Shown: positions 12,322 through 25,141 of the stretch, in pieces
Layout of the letters: every line of letters starts with the position of its first letter
Numbering within the stretch: position 1 is the stretch's first letter
Assembly: GCA_010356995.1 (NCBI GenBank)
Contig: ML996703.1
Location: 310,001-374,000 of the forward strand
Direction: 5' to 3'
Source: Trichodelitschia bisporula
Taxonomy: Eukaryota
DNA: 64,000 nt
Program-made: the position numbers and the translations under genes
Notes under the pieces: generated by a model
Databases searched by the model: none
The model's input: only the letters and a program-made list of their open reading frames with translations
Told to the model about the DNA's origin: nothing

Positions 12322-14974
12322 CTAATCACAGGCCTTCGGACACGCAATATTCGACCCAAACTTGTCCCCCGACCCACCCGCAATCTGCAAAATCGCATTA
12401 ATAACCCCTCCAATGCCCTCGCCCGCAATCAACCCCGCCGCAACTGCATACCCTAGAATCTCCCACCGGTGCGGATTGCGCTTCGCCCAAACCGTCGCAA
12501 TCGTAGCGCCCATGATCATGGCCGTGCCATCTGAAAAAAACCGTCAGCCTCATCCCTTCTGAAGGAGTCGGGGACAACTTACAGTACGTCTGCGGCAGGA
12601 CAAAAGCCAGCGCAATACACATCATATTGGGATGATACGCGCGGACCCACTCCAGCTTCCCAACCCACATGTAGTGCTTAACCAGCACCATCGCGCTGCC
12701 AAAAATGGAAAATACAATCGAGAATATGCCACTAGACTTCGGAATCGGGAAGCTAGGGTCCGTGACCGCGATAGCGGTTGCGTGCCACGCCGCTGCGCTA
12801 GGGTACGAGAACGCGCACGGCTCGCTCCTGGTGATGATGCATGGGTACGCGGTCATGAAGAGCTGGAACATGAGCGGTGCGATGAAGATGGCGACGAAGG
12901 TGCCGATGCCCTGCGCGATCCATTGCTGCAAAGGCGGCGTGCGCAGCAGGAATCCCGTCCGGAAGTCTTGCGTTAGGTCGGTGGACTGGTTGGCGCCCAT
13001 GTTGGCCAGCGCGCCGCCGAGCAGGTTCAGCTGGCGCGAGTGGTTCAGTTGCCAGTGTTCGCTCCTAGTCGCTCCGCCGAGGATGACTTGCGAGGCCTTG
13101 GAGGCTGCGGTGAGGGGGGTGATGTCTGTCCCGTCAGCCTAATCCAGCAGCCCAGTCGGAGTACCAAACTCACCGGTAACACCCGTGCACTGGATCGCCA
13201 AAAACGAGAAGAAAAACGCCAAAAAGATGGACAGCAGGCTCATGCCGACCGGCATCTGGTACTGGTAATACATGACCAGACAGCCTGCGATAATAACCAT
13301 GATCAGCCCCGGCAGCCACATCCACATCTTGACCAGCTCATGCGGCTCCGCGATATCCTCGATGATATCCTCGTCGTTCTGCCCCGTGCGCTTCCGGAGC
13401 CACTCGTTTTCCTTGCCGGCCCGGCGCTGGAGATCATAGATGCCACGTCCGATGCCACGGCCCAGGGCGCGGCCGGCAAAGAGCAGGATACGCCACTGGA
13501 GCAACAGCTCAGTGAAGGAAATGCACACCATGGCTAGCACACCTGGCCACAACAGCCAAAAGCGCGGGCTCGGGGTATCTTTGCTGCTGAACGGCTTGTC
13601 GAAGGACGCGAAATTCACGAGACCGTTCCATTTCGGATCCTTGGGGTACCTCACCTTGCCGAAGGCCATATTATTGTGCACCAAGGCCGGGCCGATGATT
13701 CCCCTGCAAAGTCAGCTTTGGCGCGGGTAAAGGGTTGGGGTACGAGCCAAGCAATGACGCTGCCGGCGAAAAAGGAGACCGACACGTTCATCCCGACGAG
13801 CATCCCCGAGCCGATGAAGGCCGGCGTAAACTGGACGAACCAGCCCCAGTTCTCTACCGCGAGAGCGGCATCTATCCCAGTTAGCCCGCATCTCGGAATT
13901 CAGAGAGATAACTTACTCTTGAAGTGGCCCCAGATGAAGAACCAGGTAAAGAACTACATTCGTCAGCCTTACCCGCAGCAATGCCGATATTACTCACATG
14001 CCATTCCCACAGAATCCCCACGGCATACTGTGAGACGACGCGTAAAACCAACGCCCCAATAAAGGCTGCCGATAGCGCCTTCATTTTCATCTTGCCGATT
14101 GCCTCGCCCTTCAGCGCATCGTGCATGCTACGGATGGTCATGGCGGTAGCCGAAGCCGACGGGAAGATGAGACGCATCTCGCGAGCGATGTAGAGGATGA
14201 AGAACTTGCGCACTATACGCCGTTAGACTGAACTCTGACATAGGCTTAAGGGCGCACATACGCGGCGTGGCGAAGAAAAACCCAAAGTATCCTCCAACAA
14301 CAGTAATGGATACGATACGCCAAAAATCCTTCTTAGGCGTGTCCATTAACCCCAGCTGGTACAGCGCCGGAAATGCCGATACGAAGACGTTGGACAGCCC
14401 GCCGGATGCCATGGCGGCAGTTTGGACGATGTTGTTCTCCCTCGGCCCGAAGGAGCCGCCCAAAATCGGGACGTTAGCGAAGGTCTTGGAGAAGAACTTG
14501 ATGATTGCGAAGCCAGCGATGGCCTGTTGCTCGATCAGCGTCGGCCATACATTGTTACGCAGCTCAACTTACGCCGAACAAGTTGGCGCCGAACGTCCAT
14601 CCTGACTTCAGGCCCAGGTACAAGTTGGACGCGTTCACGAGCACGCCGCAGATCAAGCCGATGAACACGGCGCGGATGGTCAGGATACGTGGGCGCTCCT
14701 CCGGCAGGTCGTTGAATGGCGTGAAGGGGTCCTTGGCGAAGGCGTCATGATACTCGTCATCAGGGCTACCATGTTCGTCGACAACTGGAATCTTCTCTTC
14801 TCCCGGAGCGTCCGAGTATTCCTTAGGGTTGGACTTCTCCGGAGCGTCTGAGTATTCCTTGGTGTTGTACTCAGACAGCATCGTGCTAGCTCCGTTAGCA
14901 GCTCGTCACAGTCACACTGGATATTGGGCAGCTCACCCATCTTGCGGGTCTACGTCGCGGTGCGCTGTCGCCAT
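12322..14974 (-). CDS. OPT-superfamily oligopeptide transporter (YSL-like clade); multi-exon; start 14974 via intron 14936-14886, or 14881
   Basis: LTIRAVFIG, YLGLKSGW, FGPRENNIVQT, FPSASATA, DLTQDFRTG and AAGLIAGEG motifs across spliced ORFs. Confidence 0.92.
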
Positions 14975-16822
14975 ACTATCTCGCGCAAGTAAGGCCTTCG
15001 ATTCGTCTTCGTCGTCTACGTCCTCGTCGTCCTCGATATCGTCCTTGATATCGTCGTCGTCGTCGTCGTCGGCAGAGTGTCTGCTCTCGCAATCTGGCAA
15101 CCGCTCAAACACGCCTCTCTCATCCCGCGTCCGGGTACGACCCTAATATAACCTTAACCAAGGCGACGCTCGCAACACACAGGGGTCTATCAACGCAAGG
15201 GAGAGATAAGAGGGGATAGACCACCAACAGTCCCGCGCACAACAGGGAAAGAGGGCAAACAGTCACACATCCCAGGGGTCTCGATATAACCCGTGCCGAG
15301 CATAGTCAAAGGATCTCTCGCAATCGGGGGCAACCATACCATGTCTCTTCCGCTCTGGCCCCCCCATCGCGCTCGCCGCAACCCCGACCCCCCGTCTCGG
15401 CGGCCGTTATCAGGCATTCCAGGTTCAGCGGGCGAATACCCGATTCTGGCGATCAGAAGCGTGGATCGCGGGTGCTCCGCAGTTCCAAGCACGGAATTCA
15501 GGGTTCCACAGTGCAACAATGCCCACGCCGAAGAGCGGGGCTGGCCGAAGCTACGGTTGTTAGTGGGACGGTTTGGGGAGGTGCGAGACTAGATCGTGGG
15601 GGGGTCGTCGGGGTGGGGCGGTGCGTGCTGTGAGCGTTCCTGGGTTGGAGGATGAGGGTGGGTGTCGATGCGCGACCGGTAATATACAGGGTGCATGGGG
15701 TGGGGGGCGAGACGTTGGATATAAACGGTGCTGCAAATGGGGTAAGCTTGCTGTGTCGCTGGGCGGACGGTGGGGATAGGAGGATTAATTCTACGGTTAA
15801 TGGAGCGGGGTGAGGCTCAGAAGTTCCGAAGTTTACATTTTGGTAGATGGGATGTGGTTGGTGAGGGAGTTGCATGAGAGGTGAGACGGACGACGGTGAG
15901 TGGTTGGTGAAGCCGGAGATGCGATTAGATAAGCCGGCAACACCGCGATAGCTTCAACAGAGGCGGAGGAACGCCCATCCTCCCATTCCCGTTCCTGCCG
16001 GAAAAAAAGACATCGAATACCTGCCAGCGAGCACATAGAACAAGCCATTTTCCATCCCCATTCCATCCCCTCCAGATCCCCCTCTCTACTCCGGACTACC
16101 ATGCCCATCCCGCGCCGAACTAAACCACCAATAGCGCCCCACCACCACAATCCATATCTGGGCACGCACGAATAACCTCACCCACCAACCAGGCATCCCA
16201 CCAGTCCTCCCTACTCCCTCGGCCTCCAAGCCCTCCCTGCCCCACCTCGGCCATCATGACACGCGCCGGCATTAGATACCGGGGGGGGGGTTCGGTACGG
16301 AACCGGGGAAAGGTCTCGGCATCAGGCCCCCGAGTACGGAAACATGGCCGAAAAGAGCTGCTCGGTAAATGCAATCGGCGCAAGCGCGGCGCAAGCACAG
16401 CGATAGAGATGTGATCGTAATCTACCGCTGCGATAAATTTACATCGCCGCAGCGGTCAAGGCTGTCGCTGCGACGGTCATGGCCATCACTTGATGCGTCT
16501 AGAAGGGAAACTCGGGGAGGGGGGATTCTGCCTGGCTTTTTATATCTTCGTGAGCCCCCGATGGCTACATCCTTTGGATGCAGAGGCAGGAGCAGAATGT
16601 CGTTGTCCTTTTTTATCGAGCGGCTTTACGCTACTGTACGAGCGTTGGGTCTTGGTCCTAGAATACAGCGCTCCACCGGCGGAAGCTTATCACAACGTCG
16701 CACCCGCCGTGCAGGAATGGCTCCCCACACCTCGGCATCCAGCATATCACGGCGCGCATTCGGCACGCCACACCGCGCCACTTCCCTCATGCCATCTGAC
16801 CCCCCGGCTTAGCCACGTTATA

Positions 16823-17882
16823 TCACTGTCGCGGCTTGCGATCCAGCGGCCCGGTCCAGTCGTTGATATGGTCGCGAATAACCTTCGCAGCCTGTTCTGC
16901 AGTGAAGTTGCGCCCGATAGCCTCGACGAAGTCGCCCTCGGGATCTGTACGCGCATCATTAGCCGTCGCCACCAACCGAAGGAAAAGAAAAGCACACGAA
17001 CCCATGAGGTAGAAGTAGATGCTGTGATCGACGAGATAGTCCTGCCCCGGCTTCAGATGCGGCGGCGTGGAGAAGTAGACGCGGTACACCTTGCATGTGT
17101 TCTTGATCTCGTCGTAGCTGCCCGTTAGCCCGATTATGTCCGGGTGGAATTCGGCGAGGTATTTCTTCAGGATTTCGGGGCTGTCCCGCGCGGGGTCGCA
17201 GGTTATCATGACGGGGAGGAGGACGTCGCCGCTCGTGGCCTTGACGCGGTCGATCATGTCGGCCATCTTATCCAGCTCGTCGGGGCAGATATCAGGGCAA
17301 TTCGTGAAGCCAAAGTAGACCTAATCGTCAGCGCCACATTGCATCACCCCGTGTACAAACCCACCAGTGAATATTTCCCCTTCAAATCCTCGCTCGTAAA
17401 CGGCCGTCCCTCATGATCGATGAGGCTAAACGGCCCACCGACCTTCGGCTTCCCAATCCCCTTCGTCTGCTCCGCAATCCGTTTACGCTCGAGCCGCTCG
17501 CGCTCCTCGCGGAAGTACACGATAATCGCAATGCCGGTTACCACAAAGACAGCCCCTGCCTTCAGTGTCAAGGGCTGGGAGAGCGTCAGTGAAAGCGCAA
17601 AAACGCACCTCGTATCAGTGCCTGCGTGGGAGTGATGTTATGAAGTACCCCTAAGCGGCCGCGTGACCGTGCTTGCTCCACCGTTTTCCATGCCTGCCGT
17701 GGGACGCTGCTGCTGAAGGCGCGGTGGAGCGGGCGTTGTGATGTGGTTCTTGATGAAGAGTGCAGTGGCCGGAAGTGCCATTGTTGCGGCGCGCTGGTAC
17801 CGGGGCGCGAGAGACCGAAGCTCTGGGCTATGCACCGCAGCGCTGAGCGGGATTGCTGCTGTAGACAGTGTGGTCGTGACAT
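16823..17882 (-). CDS. SCO1: SCO1/SenC cytochrome c oxidase copper chaperone; multi-exon
   Basis: Presequence-like N-terminus, single TM, VGGPFSLIDH, FGFTNCPDICPDELDKM, YLVDHSIYFYLM. Confidence 0.95.
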
Positions 17883-18261
17883 GGTGGGGTTGTGGAAAGG
17901 CGTGAAGTCGTCAGCCGGCACTTCATCGACTTGACGATTTTTTGAAGCTCGGGCCACCTCATCGGAGCATCTCCCCGCAGGTGGTGCGGGACGGAACATC
18001 GCCGCGCGGAAATATCTCCAGAGCACGCGTTCAAGTTGCGACCATATTCAGCAAGAAGCAGAATCAATTTAGTCTAAATATGTATGCGACCCATTCGCCG
18101 TCCACTTTTCTCCATATTCCGCCGCCCGAGGCTGTCAGAAAGCTCAAGTAAACGCCATGCGGCCTTTCCAATCAGGGTATTGCCACCGAACAAAGATGAT
18201 ATACAAGCCCACACCGCGACAACCCGCGAATGCACGAGTATAAGTGTAAACGTGAGGTTCT

Positions 18262-19495
18262 TCAAAGTCCCAAGAAGGCCCGACGTGACGGATGCATATC
18301 CTTATGCCGGTCAGCCTCAGCCTGGGCCGCCGCCTCCGGCGTCGCGTCCTTGCCAGCCAGTCTCTGCTTCTTCTTCTTCCGCTCCTCGACCTTGGCATCA
18401 TGTTCGGCCTTCCGCTTGCGCTGCTCATCCAGCCTCTCGTTCTTCTCCTTGAGCTTTGACTTGCGATGCTCGCTCTTGGAGCCGCCGCCGCCAGCGCTGG
18501 GTCGTTAGCTAGGGAAAGAGGCTGGAAGTAATGGGCAACTTACGTCAACTCCACGTTAATCTTGCGCGGCCCTGACTTGCCGCCGTCGTCGAAGGACGAG
18601 TGGTGGTACAGCTTGAGGCACGTCTTCATGCGGTCGTAGTTCTCAAACTCGAGGAAGGCGAAGCCGCGCGACTTGCCGCTGTCCTTTTCGGTAGCGAGGC
18701 GGACGGACTTGGGTGAGATCTTCTTGAAATGGGCCTCGACGGACTCGGCGGTCGCAGAGAAGGGGAGGTTGCCTTGATGATTAGCATTGAAAGCATGGTA
18801 CAGCCGGGTAGCTTACCAATGAAAACGATGAATCGGTTCTTATTGTCAGGATCCGCCATAACATCGGATTTCTCTTGCTCCTCGCTGACCTCCTCGCTTG
18901 CTCCATCTGCCTTCTTGGACTTCTTGTCGGACTTGGACTCCTTCTCAGACTTGGGCGTCTTTTCCTTCTTTTCCTTCTTTTCCTTCTTCTCTTTCTTGTC
19001 CTTCTTGTCTTTCTTCTCCTTGGGCGCTTTCTCGGTCTCGGGAGCATCGGCCTCGGGAGCATCGGCCTCGGGAGCATCGGCATCCACCATCGTGGTGTCC
19101 TCCAGCGAAGCCTCAACAACAGCCGCCGCACGAGCAGCCGCCAACTTCGCTTCCTTCTCCGCCTTCTTCAGCGCCTTCCGCTGCGCCTTCGCCTGCTTCG
19201 CTTCCTCATCGCGTTCCTCCCTCGACTTGCGCGCCTTCTTCACCGTAGGCTCCTCCTTAGTCTCAACCGCCGCACCGTTCGCCTTAGGCGTATCCACCTC
19301 CTCAATCTTCCTCTTCTTCGACTTCTCCTTCTTCTCCTTCACCGACTCAGCAGCAGGAATCGGCGTGTCAGGCATGGCATCGGTCGCCGCGGCGGGGACA
19401 TCAGCATCGTGGCTCGTCTTGCGCTTCTTGGACGCTTTTTTGTCCGATTTTTTGCCTTTGGCTTTGCGCTTCTCGGGTTGAGTGGCGTCGGACAT
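18262..19495 (-). CDS. Lys-rich nucleolar RRM protein (Nop6-like)
   Basis: KKE-rich N-terminus, NRFIVFIGNLP, SRGFAFLEF, RKINVELT and C-terminal MHPSRR after splicing. Confidence 0.8.
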
Positions 19496-19734
19496 GGTGC
19501 GGATCAGTGAGAGTAGGAATGGTTGTGTGTTGTGACTTGTAATCGGAGTGTTCAATTTCGCAGCAGTCGCACCCAAATCTCTCAGAAAAATTTCCCAGCC
19601 TCGAGCGCGCCGCACCCCTGCCCCACCAGCACCGCCAAGCCCAGCCCTGCCCGGCCCGACTCCCACCGCGCCGCGACACCACCGCGTTACGCCGACCTCG
19701 CTGACTTTTTGATATCACTTCGTAGCACACTGTC

Positions 19735-20841
19735 ATGAGTGCTTCCACACCCCTCCTACGCCAATGCGCGCACGCCGCATCACGGTCCTTCTCCCGAACG
19801 CCCCTCCGGCCCCGGTGCGCCCCGGCCCCAGCCCTCCGCCCCGCGCGCCGCTTCTACAACCCCGCCGATCAGCCCGGGTTCACGAGCGTGGTGGACAATC
19901 CCGCCGTGCTGGTCAAGACGGGGCAGAAGCATGGGCCGGGGCTGATTATTTTGGGTAGGTGGCTCCTCCTCGCCCTCTCCTGCCCTCATCGCCCGGAAGC
20001 CGAAGCTGAGGGCCAAGTCAATGCTGCTTCTAACGCTCCGCAGCCCTCATCCCCATAACCGCCTTCGCCCTCGGCACATGGCAAGTCCAGCGCCTAACCT
20101 GGAAAACCGAGCTCATCGCCCGCTACGAAGACCGACTCACGCGGGACCCCCTCCCCCTCCCCCCCCGCATCGACCCCTCCGCCATTCCCGAGTTCGATTA
20201 CCGGCGTATCTACGCCACAGGCCGGCTGGCCCACGAGCGGGAAATGCTGATCGGGCCGCGCGTGCGCGAGGGCGAGGACGGGTATATCGTGGTCACGCCG
20301 CTGGAGCGCGAGGGCGGGAGCACGGTGCTCGTGTGCCGTGGGTGGATTGCGCGCAAATTTAAGGAGCAGGGGAGTAGGGTGCAGAGCTTGCCGAGGGGAG
20401 AGGTTACGGTGGAGGGTTTGTTAAGGGTGCCGGCCATAAAGAATATGTTTACGCCGGATAATCGCCCCGAGAAGGGGGCGTGGTATTTTCCGGATGTGGA
20501 GGAGATGGCGGCGTGGGTTGGGGCGGAGCCCGTGTGGATTCAGGAGACTATGGGTAAGGAGGTTCTGGGTATGTGGGACGTGGGCTTACGCTGTGCAGAG
20601 AAGAATCTGATTGAGGAGTACCGCCGCGAGGAGAAGGGCATCCCGATCGCGACGGCCGCGGAGGTCAATCTCAGGAATAACCACGCGCAGTACATATTCA
20701 CCTGGTATCTACTCCTCCCCATCCATGACGTCATTAACAAAGTCCAGGTACGCGCTCGGAATAGCAACGACCGTTATGCTCGGTATGGTTCTGCGCAAAC
20801 CGGCCAAGAGCGCGAAAGTGCGCCGCAACCGCGAGTGGTAG
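19735..20841 (+). CDS. SHY1: SURF1/Shy1 cytochrome c oxidase assembly protein; 4 exons
   Basis: AFALGTWQVQRLTWK, VLVCRGWI, WYFPDVEEMA and NNHAQYIFTWY motifs. Confidence 0.95.
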
Positions 20842-20842
20842 T

Positions 20843-22594
20843 CTACTCGTCATCATCCTCCTGGATCGTAGCTAGCTTGCGCTTCTTCGCCTTCGGCGCT
20901 ATGCGCACTTCCTGCAGCAGCTCACGGGGGAGATATTTCTGCGCGAGCGAGAAGGGCGTTGCGCCGGGGGCTAGAAGGCGTTGTCTGCGGCGTGTAAGCA
21001 AAATGTACCCTAGCCTCTCCCAAACCAAAACAGAAAAGCAGAAATCACAAGGACAAGAACAAACAGCCAGCACATACCTCTTCATCAACGTGACCACATC
21101 CGCCTCCTCCACCGTCTTCCGCCCGGCATGATCGGCATAAACAGCCAAATCCTCGGCAATTTGCTCGAAGAACCAGTCCGACGTCTGCGACAACGCGGCC
21201 ACTGTCTCGGCAGTGAGTTTGCCGCTGCCGCCTGCTGAGCGTGCGAATGTTGTCGCTACCTTTTTTATTACGGCAGCAGGCAGGGACGGGAACTCGATGC
21301 CCCACTTTGAGATCTGGAGTTCCTTGCGCTTGCGTTTTGCGTGCTTGAGTTGTGCGGGTTGGGCGCCGCGTTCGGCGGCTGCTTGAGCTTCGACTGGTGG
21401 GGATGAGCCGAGTGGGATAGAGGGGTCGTGGACTTGGATGTCCTCGTCGTCATCGTCGTCGTTGCCTGCGACGTCGTCCAAGTCTGGAATCCCGTAGATC
21501 ACTTCGGCCTCTTCCCGTTCCCCTGCCTCCTCCGCTTCGTCTGCTTCGTCTGCTTCGTCGCCCTCCTCCTCATCAGCATCCGTCTCATCCGCTCCAGTTT
21601 CCACATCCAGAAACTGTCTCGCAGCAGCAGCAGCAAGACTCGACCGTGGCCCCGTAATCCTCCTCTGTTCTGGAATGCGAAAAACAAACGTAGGCTCGCC
21701 ATCCGTCTCCGGCGAATCCCTCAGAGCCAAATCCCCCGTCAAGCCAGACTGTCTCCTCTCCTCCAAAAGCGCCTGCAAATCCCCCGTAAGCTCATTCGCA
21801 ATCAACCGCCCAATATCCTCCGTCAACGCCCCCTGACCCACCCCAAACCCCTCCCCCTCCTCCTCATCCCCACTCCCAACCTCAACCCCCTCAGCATCCC
21901 CCCACCCCAACCCCAAACTCCCCCTCCCCACCGCCCGTCTCCCTTCCTCCACATCTTCCTCCCTCAACCTCGGCCCCTCCCCCTCCTCAAACCAACTCCC
22001 CTCCTCCTCCTCCTCCACCGGCATACTCATCCTCGGCGCCCTCCCCGGCGGACTCGGCACCTCCCCTACATCTAGCCTACTCCTCCTCCGGGCGGATGGG
22101 TTCGCGGGACTCTCCACCCGCGCCGTCCGCCCAGCGAGCACCCGACTCAACGCCCGCAAATCATCGCGCGGCGTCTCGCGGCCCCCGCGCCCGCTCCGCC
22201 GCCGGCCTGGCGTCTGCGCTGCGCGCCGCAGGGCTAGCGCGCGAATTGCGTGTGGAGTTGTGGGCGCGCGGCGGCGTGCGGTGCCCGGTGTGCGGGGTGC
22301 GGTGCCGGGGGTGTCGCGGGGCCGAGGGGTGGGGACGGTGGGCGTGCGGGTGGTGGGTGTGCGTTGCGGGCGGGGTGTTGGGGCGGCGGAGCGTTGCGCT
22401 GCGTCGACGGAGCGTTGGATTAGGCGGCCGAGGGTGTGCAGCTGTGGGAGTTAGACCAGATAGTAGGTTAGGGAAGGGGGACGCACGTTTTCAAAGGCCG
22501 TGGGCGTAGTCGTGCCCGTCGTTTCTGCAGTTGTTCCCGCGGCGGCAGAGACACGCGGCGTCGTGCGTACGCGCTTGGTGGTTGGTTCGGCCAT
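20843..22594 (-). CDS. Inner-kinetochore CENP-T/Cnp20-like protein with C-terminal histone fold
   Basis: TPHAIRAL...RETPRDDLRALSR N-terminal motif, acidic middle, C-terminal FFEQIAEDLAVYADHAGRKTVEEADV..LMKRQR..LPRELL. Confidence 0.85.
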
Positions 22595-22656
22595 TGCTGT
22601 GCTTGCGTGTGGTTTGGATGTGCGGGTGTGGGGTTGCGATGTTGCAATGTTGTTGC

Positions 22657-22662
22657 ACGCGT
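22657..22662. promoter_or_regulatory. MCB element (ACGCGT) in the about 200 bp divergent CENP-T/CMS1 promoter
   Basis: Motif present about 60 nt upstream of a kinetochore gene; short motif, could be chance. Confidence 0.35.
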
Positions 22663-22795
22663 CAAGTAGAGTAGACGCGCCGTGGACCGGGGTGCGTTAT
22701 CGATAAGGAGTTTGGCTTGGCATCGAGATTTCCGGCGGCCGAACTTCACGGCGATCAGATCCAGCTCGATTTCCAGTTCAGAATCCACCACCACA

Positions 22796-23659
22796 ATGCC
22801 TTCCTCCTCCGTCTCCGGCGGCGTCGACCTACCCTCCCGCTCTCCCTCCCCCGCCCCGAAACCGAGTAAACGCAAGCGCCCCACCTCCCCCGCCCTCGAG
22901 AAGACAAAATCCTCCAAAAAGCGGCGCAAGGCGAAAAAACCCGCCGACATCGACGATGACTCCATGGACCTCACCTTGGGGGTGAACACCGCGCTAGGTC
23001 ATTTAGACAGCGCAATGCTCGTCGAGCACATCGCCGCGCGCACACGACGCTTCGAGCCGGACCTCAGCGGAGTCGAGTACGAAGACCTCCGGGTGCCCGT
23101 GCGAGCCATCCAGGACTCTACAGCCTGGGAAGAAAAGCGCGAGACAAAGCACTGGCCCGAGTTTCTAGAAATGTTCAAGGACAAGAAGGAAAAGCTCAGC
23201 GTAGCGCCGAAGGCGCCAGGCGCGCCGCATACGTTGATCATCACCGCGAGTGGGATCCGCGCTGCGGACGTTGTGAGAGCGGTTAAAGGGCTGGGCGGGA
23301 AGGAAGGTGGCGTGGCGAAGCTTTTTGCGAAGCATATTAAGCTGAAGGAGGCGGTGGAGTCGTGTCGGAAGATGAGGATGACGATTGGTGTGGGCACGCC
23401 GCAGCGGATATTTGATGTGCTCGATGAGGGTCGGTTCCGTTGCATGTACTCAATTGAACGAAAGCTAACCCCCCCAGGCGCATTATCAACCCAGCACCTC
23501 AAGCGCATCTGCATTGACGCGTCATACATCGACCTCAAAAAGCGGGGCATCCTGGACATGAAGGACACGCAGGTTCCGCTCATCAAGCTGCTCACCCGGA
23601 CGGATTTGAAGGAGCGGTATGAGGCCGATGTGGCGCCGGTCAAGCTCCTGTTCTACTAG
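22796..23659 (+). CDS. CMS1: CMS1/CMSS1 90S pre-ribosome-associated protein; intron 23430-23477
   Basis: GIRAADVVRA, VAKLFAKHIKL, GVGTPQRI and DASYIDLKKRGILDM motifs. Confidence 0.9.
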   Translation: MPSSSVSGGVDLPSRSPSPAPKPSKRKRPTSPALEKTKSSKKRRKAKKPADIDDDSMDLTLGVNTALGHLDSAMLVEHIAARTRRFEPDLSGVEYEDLRVPVRAIQDSTAWEEKRETKHWPEFLEMFKDKKEKLSVAPKAPGAPHTLIITASGIRAADVVRAVKGLGGKEGGVAKLFAKHIKLKEAVESCRKMRMTIGVGTPQRIFDVLDEGRFRCMYSIERKLTPPGALSTQHLKRICIDASYIDLKKRGILDMKDTQVPLIKLLTRTDLKERYEADVAPVKLLFY

Positions 23660-23735
23660 CAGTACAGTAGCAGGTGATCACCGGTTCAGTAGTAGAAGGC
23701 CTAGCTAGCGCATATACCCCGTGGCATCCAGCTCT

Positions 23736-25141
23736 ATAATTCATGATAATCGGCATTGCCTTCTGGTTGCTCTTTTCTGCACACCGGCTGCCCTTCACGG
23801 CTTGTCATCCTGTTGTTCAGACGAATTCCGGCACGGTACCCCAGCGTCAGTAGTCGCGGTGAACTTGCTATGGACGATACATGCCGCGCACCATAGACTT
23901 AAAGACCCCTACTCTCTCGAGGTCTGGGTGCAATTACGGTTGTCAGCTTCAACCAAGTGTGAAACTGGTAGGCATCAAGAAGTAGAATTCACTCTACCGC
24001 GAACCTTAGTACGCCTAACTGTGGATTTCCATCACCCAAATTCCATGTCTTCAACGGACGTAGGCAAATCTTGAAACTTAAACATTACTGATAGTCCCAG
24101 CTATCACCCAAAAGCATTTACTACACAACCGAAGAGGGAATGACCTAGTACGAAACGACCCGCAGCACTGGCCTTTGACTCTATGATAGTGAATCCATCG
24201 TTGCGCATGGTAGCGTGACCTCCTGTCCGGATACGGTCCTGTGATACAACTCCCATCCATTGATAGGCGCCAACCTTTCGCTAACCCAACTAATCTTTGG
24301 AGGAATAGAGACCAATGCGTTAGCCCTCCAAATATGAGCAGCAGCCGGATCCTCTTCGACAATGAAGCAAGCAAAGATGAAAGAATCGGAGCCCCCGTAC
24401 CCGCACGCCGTAGCGAGGTCATGACTGAAAGGATACCAGGTGTATGGAGTACCCACATTCTCGGCAATACAAGCGAGTCTAACGGCATTAGAAAAAGGTA
24501 GGCCGTCTATATCGAATTAGCCAGTTTTGTGTGGCATGGAATTGTACCCAACCCGTTGCGATGATGACACGACCAGTTACCCGGTCCTGTATCGCGCGGA
24601 GTGAATCTGCGTATCCCAGTCTGACCGGGCCGCGTTTGCGGGCCTCCCAGATCATTTTGTTCACCTCCGTCAGCTTTTGTGGCGTTGCCCGTACTATCTG
24701 GAATGCCGTACGGAGTTAATTAACTGTGTGCCACTGGGCAGGATGCAACATACCCATCATTTGGGTCACTCTGAGGACCTGGCCCATGTCTGGAGGATGG
24801 CTGGAGAGGTCGCACATGTCGGAATCTGGGTCGCTCCTCATAGACGCCGGGTCAACACCTGGGTTGCTCCTCGAAGACGCTGGGTCAGCATATAGGTCGC
24901 TCAAGGGCGCTAGAGGGGTCATGCTGGAATCCATGATTCGGCGGATGGAAGCTGGGTCGCTTCTCATAGACACTGGATCAGCACCTTGGTTGCTCCTCCT
25001 ATACGCTGGGTCGGCATACAGGTCGCTCAAGGGCGCTAGCGGGTTCGGGTCGGAATCCATGATTCGCCGGATGGAAGCTGCCACGGCTGCTTCCCTCCTG
25101 TCGCAAGTTGAGGGGCCCGTGTTGTGATATGGATGGTTCAT
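23736..25141 (-). pseudogene. Probable degraded gene of unknown family with several in-frame TAA/TAG stops
   Basis: Reading frame from ATG 25141 stays open well past TAA 24718-24716; downstream frame is interrupted by scattered stops; region is less GC-rich than its neighbours. Confidence 0.45.
24826..25080. repeat. Tandem duplication with 126-nt period (two diverged units, 42 codons each)
   Basis: GCTGGGTC at 24879 and 25005; peptide repeat ASIRRIMDS..PLAPLSDLYADPA. Confidence 0.9.

Noticed and set aside
15900..16700. GATA sites and one ATTAGATAA (SreA-like) upstream of the OPT gene
   Set aside because: Short, imperfect motifs far from the start; not distinguishable from background
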